Counted from the first letter of the stretch, positions 1 to 13,491 are shown. The stretch: DNA of 64,000 bases from Octopus sinensis (GCF_006345805.1 NC_043011.1:64864464-64928463), one strand, 5' to 3'. The notes: generated from the sequence alone by a model not told the origin. Translations and numbers: made by a program.

Positions 1-248
1 AATTTGTTTTATAGAAGGAGCTTCTACAGGACTAGAACTGTTTCATTCAGATGAAATCTTCAGAAAGCTGGCTGTCAAAATAAGGTCTGGTATTTATACA
101 TTTAGGCAGATTTAATGGGATTGTGGTGGGGGGCGTTTTGGGGGTAAGTTGGTATTTAGGAGATAAACAGGGCACAAGCTATTGTTCTTAGGGGAGTGGT
201 CATATATATATATACATATACATGCACACACACGCACATACACACACA

Positions 249-284
<36 letters not shown>

Positions 285-287
<3 letters not shown>

Positions 288-1408
288 GCTCGAGAAAGCC
301 TTCGCATATCTCCAGAGTAGTCAATGTACTTGGACCATTACTAGAGATTTGAACTGCATCATTCGAACTATTGAGCCTCTGGAGGAGGGATACAATGCCC
401 CAAACTGCAAAAATAAATGTGCACGCAGTGGCCCACCCTGAGTTTCGTCGGCCCGTGAAGAACGCCACCTACACCGACACCACTTGTAGGTCCAATTCTG
501 GAGGGTAAATGAATCAGCTGGGCCGGCCCTAATGACTCACCACAGATCCATTTGTGCAGAGGCAGTTTGACGTCCTAATAGTGGCCCCATCGCCCTAGAT
601 CGTCACCAGCGGGTACGCCTGCAGTCCGTTTCAACACGTCAGAACTGGCGATCTTCGCCCTTGAGTAATCTCAGACAGTCTTTTCTGACGAAAGTCGATA
701 TTGCATTTCTGTGGCAGATGGCAGTGCTAGTATTTGGAGAAGGCGTGATTGTCATGGCGATGGCTGTGTGGTGGCGAGAGACTCGTGGGCAGGATAAAGC
801 ATCATGGTATGTGACTGGATTGAACTCAACTAGAAACTTTGACCGGTGGCCTTCCAAGACATCGGTCAAGGACGGGGCAATTAAATAGCTGTTGCTTGCT
901 AGATTGACCAAATTTTAAGACCTCACATTTTGCCATAATTTGCCAATCATGGGAATCACGCGTTCCAATACGACAACGCCCGTGCCCCTACTGCTAGGCT
1001 GATAACATACCTCCTCCAACAGCATAATTTCCAGGCACTACCATGGCCTGTCCTATGTCTGGACGTGAACCACATAAAACACCTGTGGGGCGAAATCCAA
1101 TGAAGGCTAAATGACATCCGTCCAACGCCGGCAACTACGGTACAAATCACTGAAACTTTAACAGGGCCTGGGCTGTTATCCCAATGAACTACATCAATCG
1201 TTTTTGTGCATTTAGTGTACAGAGGTTGCCTGCTGGTAATCAACGCTAACAGTGGTCACACGAGATACTGAGGTCATTTTTTTTATCCAAGACACTGCAT
1301 CATCACGTGACGTCACACATGTTTAAGGATATGGCGATTTGTCATTAGGAAAGAACCGTTTCTCTATTTCGTACGTTTGTGGTATCACTTTTGTGGTTCA
1401 GTTGATAT
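285..1408 (+). mobile_element. Degenerate Tc1-family (DD34E) transposon remnant; second copy at about 32,940-34,060
   Basis: Across frameshifts it reads FSDESRY...FQYDNARAPTA...LPWPVLCLDVNHIKHLW...ANSGHTRY*, the decayed Tc1 motifs FSDES, QDNA, WPxxSPDLNPIEHLW and GGxTxY. Confidence 0.8.
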
Positions 1409-1909
1409 GTAATTGCATGTGTATGCCTGTACCTATGTATACGTATATGTATATGCATATATTTATATGTATATATATGTTATTATTACTGGATTGAAGT
1501 ATCTTAAATTGTGGTCTATTTGAATGTTTTAATTTTAGACGCTTACCTACCAGAAGAGTTTCAATACCTTTTTATTATTAGATCATTTTTATTCTTGTAA
1601 ATGTGTTATATTTTTCATAAACTTTTTCTACATTCTGCGATTTGATATAAAAGTTATCGGTTTTTAATGTCCCTCCTCAACGCCACATGCCAGATATATG
1701 AAATCTAACATAGAAGTCAATACTTTGGAAGGAATAGAGCTAATATATCCACTGGACGATGTAGCAATGGACGATCGTACAAAAAAGGATTCCAAACAAG
1801 ATGAGGACAAATATCCATGAAATGTAAATAATGTAAATAATTATTACTGCGTTACCAATGAATTAGAAAATAAATTTAGTTGAATAATATGTAATTCTTA
1901 AAATTGTAG

Positions 1910-2009
1910 GTGCCACAGCCTCCAAAGTCTGCATGACAGTAGCCGAGAAAGAGTGCAAATATGCTCTGCTAACTTATCCTGTAAAGACTCCCGACATTCA
2001 TTTCTGCAG
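1910..2009 (+). CDS. Secreted two-domain Cys-rich protein, copy 1, coding exon 2 (end of signal peptide, first half of domain 1: GATASKVCMTVAEKECKYALLTYPVKTPDIHFC-R)
   Basis: Acceptor aaattgtag|GT, donor GCAG|gtatc. 100 nt, phase 1 to 2, open frame. Paralogous to the 100-nt exon at 14,968. Confidence 0.88.
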
Positions 2010-2495
2010 GTATCTTTTTCTCCTTTTGGTACAAATATTTGTATTTCTTTTATAGTACTATCGTTCATATTTGCAACTTCGTTTCACAAAATCAATTGTT
2101 TGTAATGTATTACACACAGAGGAACAAAAAAATGTGTTCCGCCACCAGGTGGTTAAATTTTCCATCAATCTATTCCCGAAACAAAATATTATAGCATTTG
2201 CTCGTGGTGCCCCAGCATGGCCGCGGCCTTCAGTCTAAAACATTTTAAAGGATTGTAAGTATTTAAGACCGGATTTGAAAGATAAATTACTCGAGCCTTT
2301 GATTCAACACCCATTCATACGTTAAGATTTCGCCTGATTAAGAAGAATTCAAATAATTTCGATCATAGGCTTGCGTGTTACTTTTCTCAACTATTATTTA
2401 GATAAATGTCTTTGTATTTCTAATTAACGTTATTTCCACCACAGTAATATAAAGATGATATTCTGATAAAAGTGAATCGCCCACAGAATTTTAAC

Positions 2496-3041
2496 TATGG
2501 GTTGTCCGGAAAGTTTTTGCGGATTTTAAAGAAAAGCAAAAGGGCAATTACATTTTTAATCTACTAAATATAAAACATTTTCTTGCACAATGGGTCTCCC
2601 TCTTTCCATTGACTTGAACATACCCTCTTCCCAGAATTGAGGTGGTTTCGCGGCAAAGAATTCATCAAGGTATCTTTTTCCGTCATCCAAGGAATTGAAA
2701 TTTTTACCAGTAAGACTAGACCTGAATAAGTGGAAATCCGAAGGAGCAATATCTGCTGAATATGGAGGTTGGGGTAACACATCCCAGCCGAGCTGCAGCA
2801 ATTCTTGTCTGGTTCTCAAAGCCTCAACTGCCAGAAATGAACTTTCTTACCTTCCATTTTAAAGGGTTACAGAATTAACGCAGGTTACAGGAATATAAAC
2901 CTTCTTCCACGAAAATATACCTGAAACTGTGCTCTAAATGGAGGTGTAGTCAAATCCTATTTTATGCACTCAACCATGTTCTAAAAAAAGTCGAAATGTA
3001 AGCTACTGTAAATCGGCACGAACTTTCTGGACAACCCAATA
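2496..3041 (-). mobile_element. Internally deleted mariner element with TIRs and TA flanks; second copy at 35,235-35,777
   Basis: The ends ta-tgggttgtccggaaagt and actttctggacaacccaa-ta are inverted repeats. The minus ORF 2,556-2,819 contains PPYSADIAPSDFHLF (mariner YSPDLAPSD motif). Confidence 0.88.
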
Positions 3042-3589
3042 TTTCTGATATTGTAAGATGAGCCGACCGAATTGTTAGCACGCCACACCAAATGCTTAGT
3101 GGCATTTTATCCGTCTTTATGTTCCGCATTGAAATGGAGCCGGGATCGGCTTCTCCATTCCGATGTCAATAAGTTACGTACCAGTTGAGACCTAGGGTCA
3201 AGGTAATCGGCTACCAACACACCAACAAAAAAGATACAAAGAAAAAGCAATAATTTGGTCTGGTACCAACATTTGAAATCAATACTTCAAATATTGTAAG
3301 GCGGTGGGCTTGGAGAATCGTAAATACAAAATGCAAAATCCTTAGCGATATTTTGCCCGTCTTTACGTTCTTAGTTTCCCATTCAGCTGAGTTCGATTTT
3401 GGATTCCATCTTGTCAGGGTCGACAAACTATCTACCAGTGTTGCACAAGGACTATATACATTTGAAACCAATGTTTCTTATACTAAAAACCGGGAGGTAG
3501 ATCTTGAAGACAAGTATAGAGGCACTCCGTAGGTTACGACGACCTGTGTTCCAGTTGATCCGATCAACGGAGCAGCCTGCTCATGAAAT

Positions 3590-3895
3590 TAACGTGCAAG
3601 TGGCTGAGCACTCCACAGACGTGTATCCTTCACGTATTTCTCGGGGTGATTCAGTGTGATAACAGAATGTGACAAGGCCGGTCCTTTGAAATATGGGTAC
3701 AACATAAACAGGAAGAAAGAGTGAGAAAAGTTGTGGCGAAAAATTACAGCAGGGGGTGGCACCACTCCTGCAGGGAACCTCATGTAGCTGTAAGCGTTTT
3801 TGCTCAATAAACATTCGCAACGCCCGGTCTGGGAATCGAAACCGCGGTCCTACAACCGCGAGTGCGCTGCCCTTACCACTGGGCAATTTGCCTCC
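3590..3895 (-). mobile_element. tRNA-derived SINE; second copy at about 36,320-36,625
   Basis: The reverse complement begins gcccagtggtaagggcagcgcactcgcggttgtaggaccgcggtttcgattcccag (A/B-box-like tRNA head). The same family occurs on + at about 19,400-19,630, 31,385-31,500 and 54,535-54,760. Confidence 0.75.
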
Positions 3896-4000
3896 ACGAT
3901 GACAATATGCTTACATATTCTGATATAAAAAAAAAGAAACTATATTGACCATTGCCTTCTCTCTATAATTGGTAATACTTGATATGTTTTTATCTTACAG

Positions 4001-4089
4001 ACGTCTAGAGTTGTATGAAATCTGTATTACTCATGTAGATCCTGTTTGCCAAAGAGCCATGCGCAAAGAGCTTACAAAAAAGTGCTCTG
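4001..4089 (+). CDS. Copy 1 coding exon 3 (second half of domain 1: RLELYEICITHVDPVCQRAMRKELTKKCS-G)
   Basis: Acceptor tttttatcttacag|A, donor TCTG|gtgagt. 89 nt, phase 2 to 1, in frame with exon 2. Paralogous to the 89-nt exon at 16,222. Confidence 0.9.
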
Positions 4090-4208
4090 GTGAGTGAAAT
4101 AATTTATTTTATTATTAAAAAAGTTGTAGCAAAATGAAATTCAAAGAAGAACCTACATTTGCTGGACCAGAAGGTAATTATGCAGCAGCGCGGTATTATA
4201 TACAACTT

Positions 4209-4345
4209 CAACTAATTATTATCATTATTATTATTATTATTATTATTATTGTTGTTGTTGTTGTTGTTATTGTTGTTGTTTTTAATATTACTTTTATAAT
4301 TGTGAGAAAAAATAGTAGTATTAGTTGCAGCAGCATCAAAAGCAC

Positions 4346-4388
<43 letters not shown>

Positions 4389-4500
4389 TGTTGTTTTTGT
4401 TGTTGTTGTTGTTGTAGCAGTAGCAGCAGTGGCAGAAGGAGAAGAAGAAAACGAAAAAGAAGAAGAAGGAAAAGATGAAGTAGAAGTAGGAGGAAGAGGA
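4209..4500. repeat. Compound trinucleotide microsatellite (ATT/GTT/AGT/AGA); shorter version at about 36,888-37,040
   Basis: Directly visible. Its ORFs (poly-I/V/S, poly-T/N) are repeat artefacts. Confidence 0.95.
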
Positions 4501-5229
4501 TTATAATCCATAATACACTGAGAACATTTTCTTCCGGTTTATCATGATTGCAGTTCAATTTCTAAACAGATATTCATCTATTTTTTTCCGTTGATAAGAT
4601 AAGAGGCAACCAATTGATGCAGTTCATTAAGTCTATTTAATGAACTCACCTGTACAGGTGACTTTTCATCAGGTTACACGCTTAGCTCTGAAGAAAGGAA
4701 ACTGTATTTGCATTATTGGTCAAAACATCTCTATCACTTTATGTAAATTTCTAGTAAATGTCAACGTTATTAATTAAATTAATCCACTAATTAAAAATGA
4801 GTACCACGTAAACACATTTGTTACTTGAATATTACAGATAAGAAGCCCCACAATGAGTCAACGGTCTGCATTGTAAATTTAAACAGCATGTTATTGGCAG
4901 TTCTTGTATCAACCATATTTTAATGGAATTCGAACATATGTTGAAAGATTTAATAAAGATTTAACACATATTTTTGATAGTTTTGCATTGTATAATCTCT
5001 TATCTTCATTATATAAAAAATGTAAGTATATAAAGAACTCCGAAATTTAATTTTTATTATAACGTCAAATAATACCATATTCACTTCTTCGCTTCAATAG
5101 AAACTTTCTTTACAATTTTACTTTTTTATTGAATCCAATGCCGCAAAATGTCTTATTAGTAGCTTGACATAATCCTCAAATCGATTAAATTTTAATACCA
5201 CTTCAATATGAAAGGGTTACTAGACTACT

Positions 5230-6100
5230 TGTTTTTAATAAAATATAAATATTTACCTCAATTTCAACATGATCTCTTTCGAAGTAGTGCAGATATACAC
5301 CGGTCCCAATCTTCGTGATTCTTTTAGAATCCGGGCAGGAAATGCTTTTCCGGAAGCGATTCAAAGACTTTCGGCGATTCGAGGACCTTCTCCGATTTGA
5401 GGACCTCCTGCGATTCGAGGACCTTCTGCGATTCGAGGACCTTCTGCGATTCGAGGGCCTTCTGCTATTCGAGGACCTTCTGCAATTCGAAGACCTTTTG
5501 CGATTCGCTATGGAGCTCGACAACGGTGTAATAACTGCGACCTCTGAACCTCATTTCCGTTTTGGGGCAGAGATGACATTCAGCAGGTTCCAGCTCAGGC
5601 AATTAGGGAGAATGCAGAAGCGATATCATTTTCTTTTTTTTTCCTTTTTGAGAAACTCACGTGTGAGAGGATCTCAGTTACAGAGTGCTATGTCATCGTG
5701 AAGAATCCGATTCTTCAAGCTCCATATACATGCGGCCTTTCGCGGAAGATTCTCCAACAAAAGCTTCAAAATGTCATTGTTTATCCTTTGACGATCTTCA
5801 TGCACAAACTGATGATAATTTCTCCATATTTCGTCGTAGGTGACTTGTGGCACGTCTTTGAAATAATTTATCTTCTTCCAGAGAAGTTCTTCCGGTTTTG
5901 GAGCGCTCATGCAATCCGAAATATTGCGTACATCTCATTGCCTTGTCGCCGTAAGCTTCACAAAGCAAGCTTAATGTCTCTGTATCAGACTTCTCAATAT
6001 AATCCAATGTTTGACGTTGGCTCTTTGTTTCAGCTCTCTGCGCTTGACAAGATAGCAGCGAAAAGCATACACGTGATCACATCAACTCAAATTTCATAAC
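5230..6100 (-). mobile_element. Internally deleted mariner transposase pseudogene; second copy at about 37,770-38,640
   Basis: The minus strand gives an N-terminal HTH-like ETLSLLCEAYGDKAM...KTGRTSLEED, then PELEPAECHLCPKTEMRFRGRSYYTVVELHSESQKV, then a C-terminal WDRCISA...YFERD. Confidence 0.75.
5357..5507. repeat. 18-bp minisatellite (cgattcgaggaccttctg), 8 units plus a partial; second copy at 37,897-38,047
   Basis: Units counted directly. The minus strand reads ESQKVL repeats inside the mariner remnant. Confidence 0.92.
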
Positions 6101-6731
6101 TTGGGAATTAAAGACAGTGATTTCTGTCCGTAGACAGACACACGAATACCACCGCTACCTCCCACTGTGTACGCAACCATGTACTGCCCTGTTTTCGCGC
6201 TACAGGGAACGATTGGTACCACCACGTATCGTTGCTTCCAAGTAAAATGGTGAAGATTAACCTCACTTTATAAATTACAATTTATAAATCGCAGCATGTC
6301 CATAAGTTGTATTTCTATATCACACAGACGTTCTGTTTATATTGTTTTATTAATACTCAACGTTAACAAAGGCATAACAAATTGATTACAAAGTTCTCCG
6401 ATAATGCTAGTTGTATTCATATTTACTGATATAACACAGTCAGGTTGCTTGAATGTTTATACTGTCTTTTGTCAGTGTTAACATTGTATTATTGTATACA
6501 TACATCCATTCATATTTAATATGACTTGCACATGTTATATCGCATAGAGTATAAATTTATAGGGTAATTCTTCACCATGTTTTAGTATATCATTAGGAAA
6601 ATAATCGGTAAGTAAACAGAGGTTGAATAGTAAATTCGTGTGAAGAGGAGAATCATATATATAGTATGTTTTCAAGTAAAACCATACATGCAAATTAATA
6701 GAGATAAGTATAAGTATAACTTCATTCACAT

Positions 6732-6814
<83 letters not shown>

Positions 6815-7278
6815 AATATATATCAAAATGCGGAAATTATAATACACATAAAATATTCATGTGCACATAGATCTCTACATATTTCGGTGTTTATATAGAC
6901 GCATGTGTTCACGTATGTTAATACTCATAATGAAATATGCAAATTTAGTCTACACTGGCAACACCTATAAACGCATATTTGCAATTATAAACTTTCTTCA
7001 ATTCCACACTTATAATCATATTGAAAAGAAATGGTAAAAAAACATATCCTTTTGTTTATACGATTTCAAAAATTTACTTTGTATTTCATTCATTGTTTGC
7101 AATGTTTTCTCTCACACACGCTGTTTCTCTAATATAAACACACAGAAACTCTTCTGGTTTCATTCCGTTATAACACGCATATCATATTAAAAGCTTTCAA
7201 ATCCATCATGGGCCGTAAAATAAAACACGTGCATTATTTCGCTTGAACGCGGACACTTCGATAATTACCTTATCTGAA

Positions 7279-7445
7279 GGCGGCGAGCTGGCAGAAACGT
7301 TAGCACCCCGGGCGATATGCATTCCCGCATTTCGCCTGCAGTTATGTTCTGAGTTCAAATTTCGCCGAGGTCAACTTTGCCTGTCATATTTTCGGGGTCG
7401 TTAAATTAAGTACCACCTGCGTACTGGGGTCGATGTAATCGACTG
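7279..7445 (+). mobile_element. Cephalopod-type tRNA-derived SINE (ggcggcgagctggcagaaacgttagcac... family)
   Basis: Further copies at about 20,239-20,390, 20,860-21,030, 39,808-39,980, 55,376-55,525, 55,765-55,930 and 60,175-60,335. Old degenerate copies at about 3,060-3,200, 3,300-3,450, 15,900-16,050 and 49,670-49,810. Confidence 0.8.
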
Positions 7446-7936
7446 CCCCCCTCCCCACACACACAAAAGATTTTAATAAAACATTGAAATAGTCTTTGCT
7501 TATAGAAAGCTAACATATAAATATTATCGAACTAAAACCTACATTTTGAAAAGCACCCTCACTCGAAAATATTTCAAAAGGATAAAAATATTGTTTAACA
7601 AAAGCGAAATGAGAAATATTTACAGTAAAATAAAAAGAAACAAATATAATTCCGTTGTCAAGTCATTGTCTAATCGAAAGTAGAGATTTTCCCTTTTCAA
7701 ATTAAGATTATTTTCGGGATAATTTCCCACTATGATCCGCTTGGGTATTTGTACCCTGAAAACTTGTAATATCTTAAAAAACCACTTGCCCGGTTTACAC
7801 GAAACTTGTTTTGTTTTCCGTTCATATTAGCATTTCAGGCTAAATATATTTCATTGTATTTTTCCATTATGCGCTACTTTGGCTGGGTAAATTTAAAAGC
7901 GGTCTATCAAGGAAGATCCAAACTGATTTCTAATGC

Positions 7937-7974
<38 letters not shown>

Positions 7975-8054
7975 GGGGGGATGTATGTGTGTGGGTGTAC
8001 GTGTGTGGGTGTGTGTATATGAGCTTAGAGCGGATATGCAATCCAGTATTATTA

Positions 8055-8096
<42 letters not shown>

Positions 8097-8903
8097 ACAT
8101 TACAAATCCTCTTGGATCTTCCTTGATAGACCGTTTTGAAAGTTACTCAGCCAAACTGACGCATAATGGGAAAATACAATGAATTAAATTTTTGCTTCCC
8201 TCACTTTTTGTTTACTAAAATTCACTCAAAAGTACTCGGACGACGCGAGTCTGACACAGAGGACATTAGCGCCATATGCAATGATGTAGGAATGAACCCG
8301 GAAACATTGGATTGGGTCGTAAACTCTTTATCACTAACAAAACCTTAGGTACACACAAAAAAGAAACAGGCACAGACAACCATACACATATGTGCAATTG
8401 TATGCGTACGTGTTGATTGGCAACATTAAGTGTTGGCAATATAAACTGCCATATTGAATATAATATATTACCATGCAATAAACAAGAGAATATAAATCTA
8501 GTTTCCAATTTATACTTAAGCAAAAACACCTGTTTCAGCGCTTTTAACTCTTCAGACAAAGCTGTACGTAGCAGAAACGTCAACAGCAAATATAGAGAGC
8601 TGGAAACAGAATCTTAACTACAATGAAAATTATTATATGTCTACTGTTCCTTCTTTTTGGTAAGACGTTCTTTCAAAAAGCAGTACTCAAAAAGCAACGG
8701 GTGACACACACCCGGAACAAACGGACGCTAAGAAATGCATGAATGTATATATGTGGATATGTAACTATTTATCTGTCTGTATGTATGTCTCTCTATCTAT
8801 CTGTCTATTTGTATAATATATATGTAAGCATGTATATGTATGAATGAAAGGATAAATATATAATATTGTTTATTATACATATATGTATGTGCGTGTGTGT
8901 ATA

Positions 8904-8955
<52 letters not shown>

Positions 8956-8958
8956 ATG

Positions 8959-8996
<38 letters not shown>

Positions 8997-9075
8997 ATAT
9001 ATAATGTATATATATATATATGTGTGTATATATATATATGTATATATATATGTATATATATATATATATATATAT

Positions 9076-10455
9076 GCAAAAAGCAATAAAGATTCAAGTT
9101 AATTTAAATGAATTTACTTGAATATGGTACCTAACTTAGATGCACCAAAAAAAACTATACTGTTTTAACAATACAGTAATGTAGGGTGATTATAAGCGAG
9201 AAAGAAGCAACAAGAATGGATAGGTTTTTAGTACAATCGTTTCATACAATGACAGGCTTTATTAAAAGTTGTAAAAATTACAGCATATAAACGTGTCCCG
9301 TACTCATCAGCTAAAATACATGTGAGTTCTCTAGACATCCTAGTGGTTGAGGCTATACTCATGAAGTAATGTAGATAATTAAGTAACATAAACAGATTTC
9401 CAAAGTTCATTAAAGTTCTTTAAAGATGATGTACAGTCTTATCACAGAATTTTTAAAAAGTTCTAATAGCATCACAGAGAAGGTGACCTAATCCATAGAG
9501 CACATATGAATTTCCAGAGATATGATGAGGGATTACATACTCACAGAAGACAAATTTATCCATTGTTAATCACAACGAGGTGGGTCTCAAATCCTGCTTA
9601 TTAGCATTACAGAGAGGGTGAATTAATCCTTTGTATAGATGCACAATTTCCAATGGTGTAGATGTAAGTTTCCAGAGAAACGAAGAGGAATTTCATATTC
9701 ACAGGCGATAAATTTATCAATGGTTGAACACAATGAGGTAGGTATCAGTTCTTGTTATATGATTAGGTATTTGCCACATTAATCACATTACTGCTATTTA
9801 CAAGAGGCTGTAGCTATTTAACTTTTAAAGGCTGAAGGGCTTTCTAGAGAGGCAAAGAATAGAAAGAGAAGGGAATAGGAGAAAAGAGAGAAAATAAGGG
9901 AGGAGGGAGCAAAAAAAGGGTGGGGGGAAGGGGACTAAAAGAGAAGAGAAAAGGAAAAAGAGAATAAGAAGAAGAAACAGAAAAAAGAGAAAAGAGAAAG
10001 AAATAGGGAAAGAAGGGAAAAAATAAAAATAAAAAAGGGGTTCTAGTTATACAGACGAATTAGTAGACGGCAAGTCTGGTTTTAATTTACAGGCATCTAG
10101 GAACTAGAGGAGAATATTATTCTTTGGCCAGTAAAACAGCTAATTTATTGCTGTTGAAATCAGCTATGAATTTAAAGAGAATCTAAAGAGATAACACAGT
10201 CAGGGGTTTAGGGGTCAGATGCTAAAATCAAAAGAAAATACATTAGGAAAACCTTATATAATGTTACTTAATTATCTACATTACTTCATGATTATAGCCT
10301 CAACCACTAGGATGTCTAGAGAACTCACATGTATTTTAGGTGATGAGTACGGGACACGTCTATATGCTGTAATTTTTACAACTTTTAATAAAGCCTGTCC
10401 TTGTATGAAACGATTGTACTAAAAACCTATCCATTCTTGTTGCTTCTTTCTCGCG
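9076..10455 (-). mobile_element. Non-coding Penelope-like (retrozyme-like) insertion with inverted terminal repeats, private to copy 1
   Basis: About 9,200-9,395 is the inverted repeat of about 10,258-10,455, and both arms carry a hammerhead motif. It is embedded in (TA)n and absent at the equivalent site (about 44,520) in copy 2. The terminus aatatggtacctaacttagatgcacca has a close reverse-complement match near 59,150-59,175. Confidence 0.75.
9227..9315 (-). ncRNA. Type I hammerhead ribozyme (intact core, long stem II)
   Basis: Minus strand: UUUAG-CUGAUGA-GUAC.GGGAC...GUCAU.U.GUAU-GAAA-C-GAUU-GUA/CUAAA. Stem I is UUUAG:CUAAA. The inverted copy at 10,335-10,423 (+) has C3 changed to G. Confidence 0.65.
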
Positions 10456-10463
10456 TATATATA

Positions 10464-10534
<71 letters not shown>

Positions 10535-10536
10535 AA

Positions 10537-10612
<76 letters not shown>

Positions 10613-10649
10613 TGTTTAAATATTTGTTGTGCAAGATTTTTTTATGTGA

Positions 10650-13491
10650 AGTCGTATGTTGAAACAGATATTGTTATATTTCGGAATGGTCATATTGTCA
10701 GTTTAGCCAATAAAAACACACGCACTTTATATTTGGTGTTATTTTGCTTCAGTGTTATTTATTTTTTACACTAATATTAATCTTATTTCGGCCAGAGTTC
10801 TTTCGTCACACTCTTGTGACCGCATCAGTCGTCTTTTGATTTCTTCTTTCTTATTTGTGTCTCTCCTTACAAACAGTCAGCCATTTTGTATTTCTATTGT
10901 ATGTCTTCATTTGCGCATGCTTATATCTCTTTGTGCTTCTATGTTTAATAGCGTGTGTATGTGGGGGGAGGCCTGTAATATTTGTATCTTCCGTTTATAT
11001 ATACTTTACGTACTTTACTTATGAACATGTTTCAGTCATTTGACTGCGGCCATGCTGGAGCACCGCCTTTAGTCAAGCAAATCGACCCCAGAACTTATTC
11101 CTTGCAAGCCCAGCACTTATTGTATCGGTCTCTTTTGCCGAACCGCTAGCTGACGGGGACGCAAACACACCAGCATCGGTTGTCAAGCAATGCTAGGGGG
11201 ACAAAAAAGACCCACAAACCCCCACACACACATACATATATATATATATACGACAGGCTTCTTTCTGTTTCCGCCTACAAAATCACACACAAGGCATTGG
11301 TTGGCCCGGGGCTATAGCAGAAGACACTTGCCCAAGATGCCACGCAGTGGGACTGAACCCAGAACCATGTGGTTGGTTAGCAAGCTACTTCCCACACAGC
11401 CACTCATGCGCGTATGTTCATGTAATTTGTATTTACATGTTTTTACATCCACTTATTATTATCATTACATATGCTTGTATGTATGTATGTATGTATGTAT
11501 ATATGCTTGTATGTATGTATGTATGTATGTATGTATGTATGTATGTATGTATGTATAACAACAATACTAGTAATAATAATAATAAATACTACTTCTTCTC
11601 AAAGATCATACTCACTATAATCCGGATGTCTCCAAATGTTTGTGACAGCACAGGGGATCTCAGCAGGATCAATGACTGTAACAACACTTGTGACCTGACA
11701 GGATGTATGGTGGGTAGCATGGATGTGGTATCCCTATACCCATTGATCGACGTAGATTTTGCGGTGGAGAAGTGCGTGGAGATGATTAATGAGAGCCAGT
11801 TGCATTTCCGTAACGTCAACACAGAAGAACTGGGCCTCCTACTTAGACTGACATGTAATAATGAATACTTAGATAAACATAATCTTAGTAGTTTCTGACC
11901 CAGTAGATGTTTAAGAGGTAGACCGCCCACAATTACTTCTATGGCTAGGAAAACACATATAGAAAGATGGCGCGGATGGACCAGAGCCATACGGAGCCCC
12001 GCAAATGTCCATCAAGTAAAGAAAATGATCGCATATTCACTAGGAGCTAGTATAAGAGTTACCCTAAAAGGCCACACGTTTAAGTTTAATAATAAATATA
12101 TGCCCAGGACGAGGGGACAGCCATCGGCGTTAGTATCGCTGGTGATGTGGCCAACCTTTTCATGGTATGGTGGGACAGAAGGCTTAAAGAACGCCTAACA
12201 CAGAAATCAATCCTCGTAAACATGTACTCTCGCTATGTTGATGATATCAACATAGTGGTAAAGTGCACCCCCACAAGAGAGTACTGTTGATATAGTACTA
12301 TAAACTAATACTATGGAGAGCATCCAGAAAATAGCTAACTCCATCCACTAGAGTATTATGGTCACAATAGTCTACCCCACTAAACACCCCAACCATCGAC
12401 TACAATTACTAGCCACTGAACTCTGGCTAGAAATTGTGAATAATGAAACCCAAATCCTTCATGCATCCTATGCCATATATATGGCCTCAAAATACTTGAT
12501 CCACCGGAACCCAGCAATTGCGGACAATGCAAAATTCAATATTTTGATGGCAGACCTCGTCAGAATAATGAGAGATGTGTCACGCATGTGCGAGCCCACA
12601 GAGTTAAAGAGACACATACAATATTTCATTCACCGCATGCAGCTCTCAGGTTACAGCCATAAAGAAAGGATCAGAGTATACAAAGGAGCTATGAAGAAAC
12701 TTGATAATATATTATGTAATGATAGGAATGGGATTTACCCACTCTATAGGAACAAGTCATGGAACACTATAGTAAGGATAAAAAAGAAAAATAGGGAAGG
12801 CCAATTCTTGGTATGATAGCCATAAATACCAGAGTGTCAATGTTCGTTGACACCACCCCTGGAGGTGAACAGGCGTACTGCTTTAGAAGGACCATAGACA
12901 AACTTAAGCTAAGAATTAAGGTTGTTGAAAAGCCAGGCAACTCTATCAAATCTATAATTGGTAGAACCTATCCTTTAAGTAGAACCCACTGTACGGATAA
13001 GTACTGTACTGTATGTAGATTTATCCCACAAACAAACTGTAAAGCCAGAAATGTAGTCTATAGTATAAGATGTATAGAGGGACGATGCAGTTACAAGACA
13101 ACCACATACGTAGGGGAAACGGCAAGAAGCATAAGAGAGCGGGTAAATGTTCATTGGAGACAATTCAAGGAAGGTAAAAGCTCATCGATTCTCTGCCAAC
13201 ACGCCGACCAGGAACACGGGGGATCAATCAATAACATAGAAATTAAAATATTATCCACACATAGAACAGATGCAACAATTAGACAAATTACACAAGCTAC
13301 ACACATAATAGAAAATAAACCTAGCCTGAATAGAAAACTAGAATGGAGCAATAGCACACACCACAACATATGACGATAGAGGATCCTGAAAACATAATAA
13401 ATACACAAATAAATATAAAAATAGAAATAAATAACCATATATATATATTTTTTCGATTCGATTTATTATTTTTATTACAAGTACCGTTGTT

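Noticed and set aside
1539-1600. Possible extra exon starting ttttag|ACGCTTA, resembling the starts of exons 3 and 5
   Set aside because: Stop codon in the homologous frame, no Cys pattern and no good donor.
3590-3895. tRNA genes at the SINE heads (also about 19,400, 31,385, 51,494)
   Set aside because: The heads are tRNA-like but continue into shared SINE bodies and lack a complete cloverleaf.
5315-5701. 128-aa ORF with RFEDLL repeats (and the minus-strand SSNRRR ORF) as a novel repeat protein
   Set aside because: It is the opposite strand or alternative frame of a minisatellite inside a mariner pseudogene, and it is truncated differently in copy 2.
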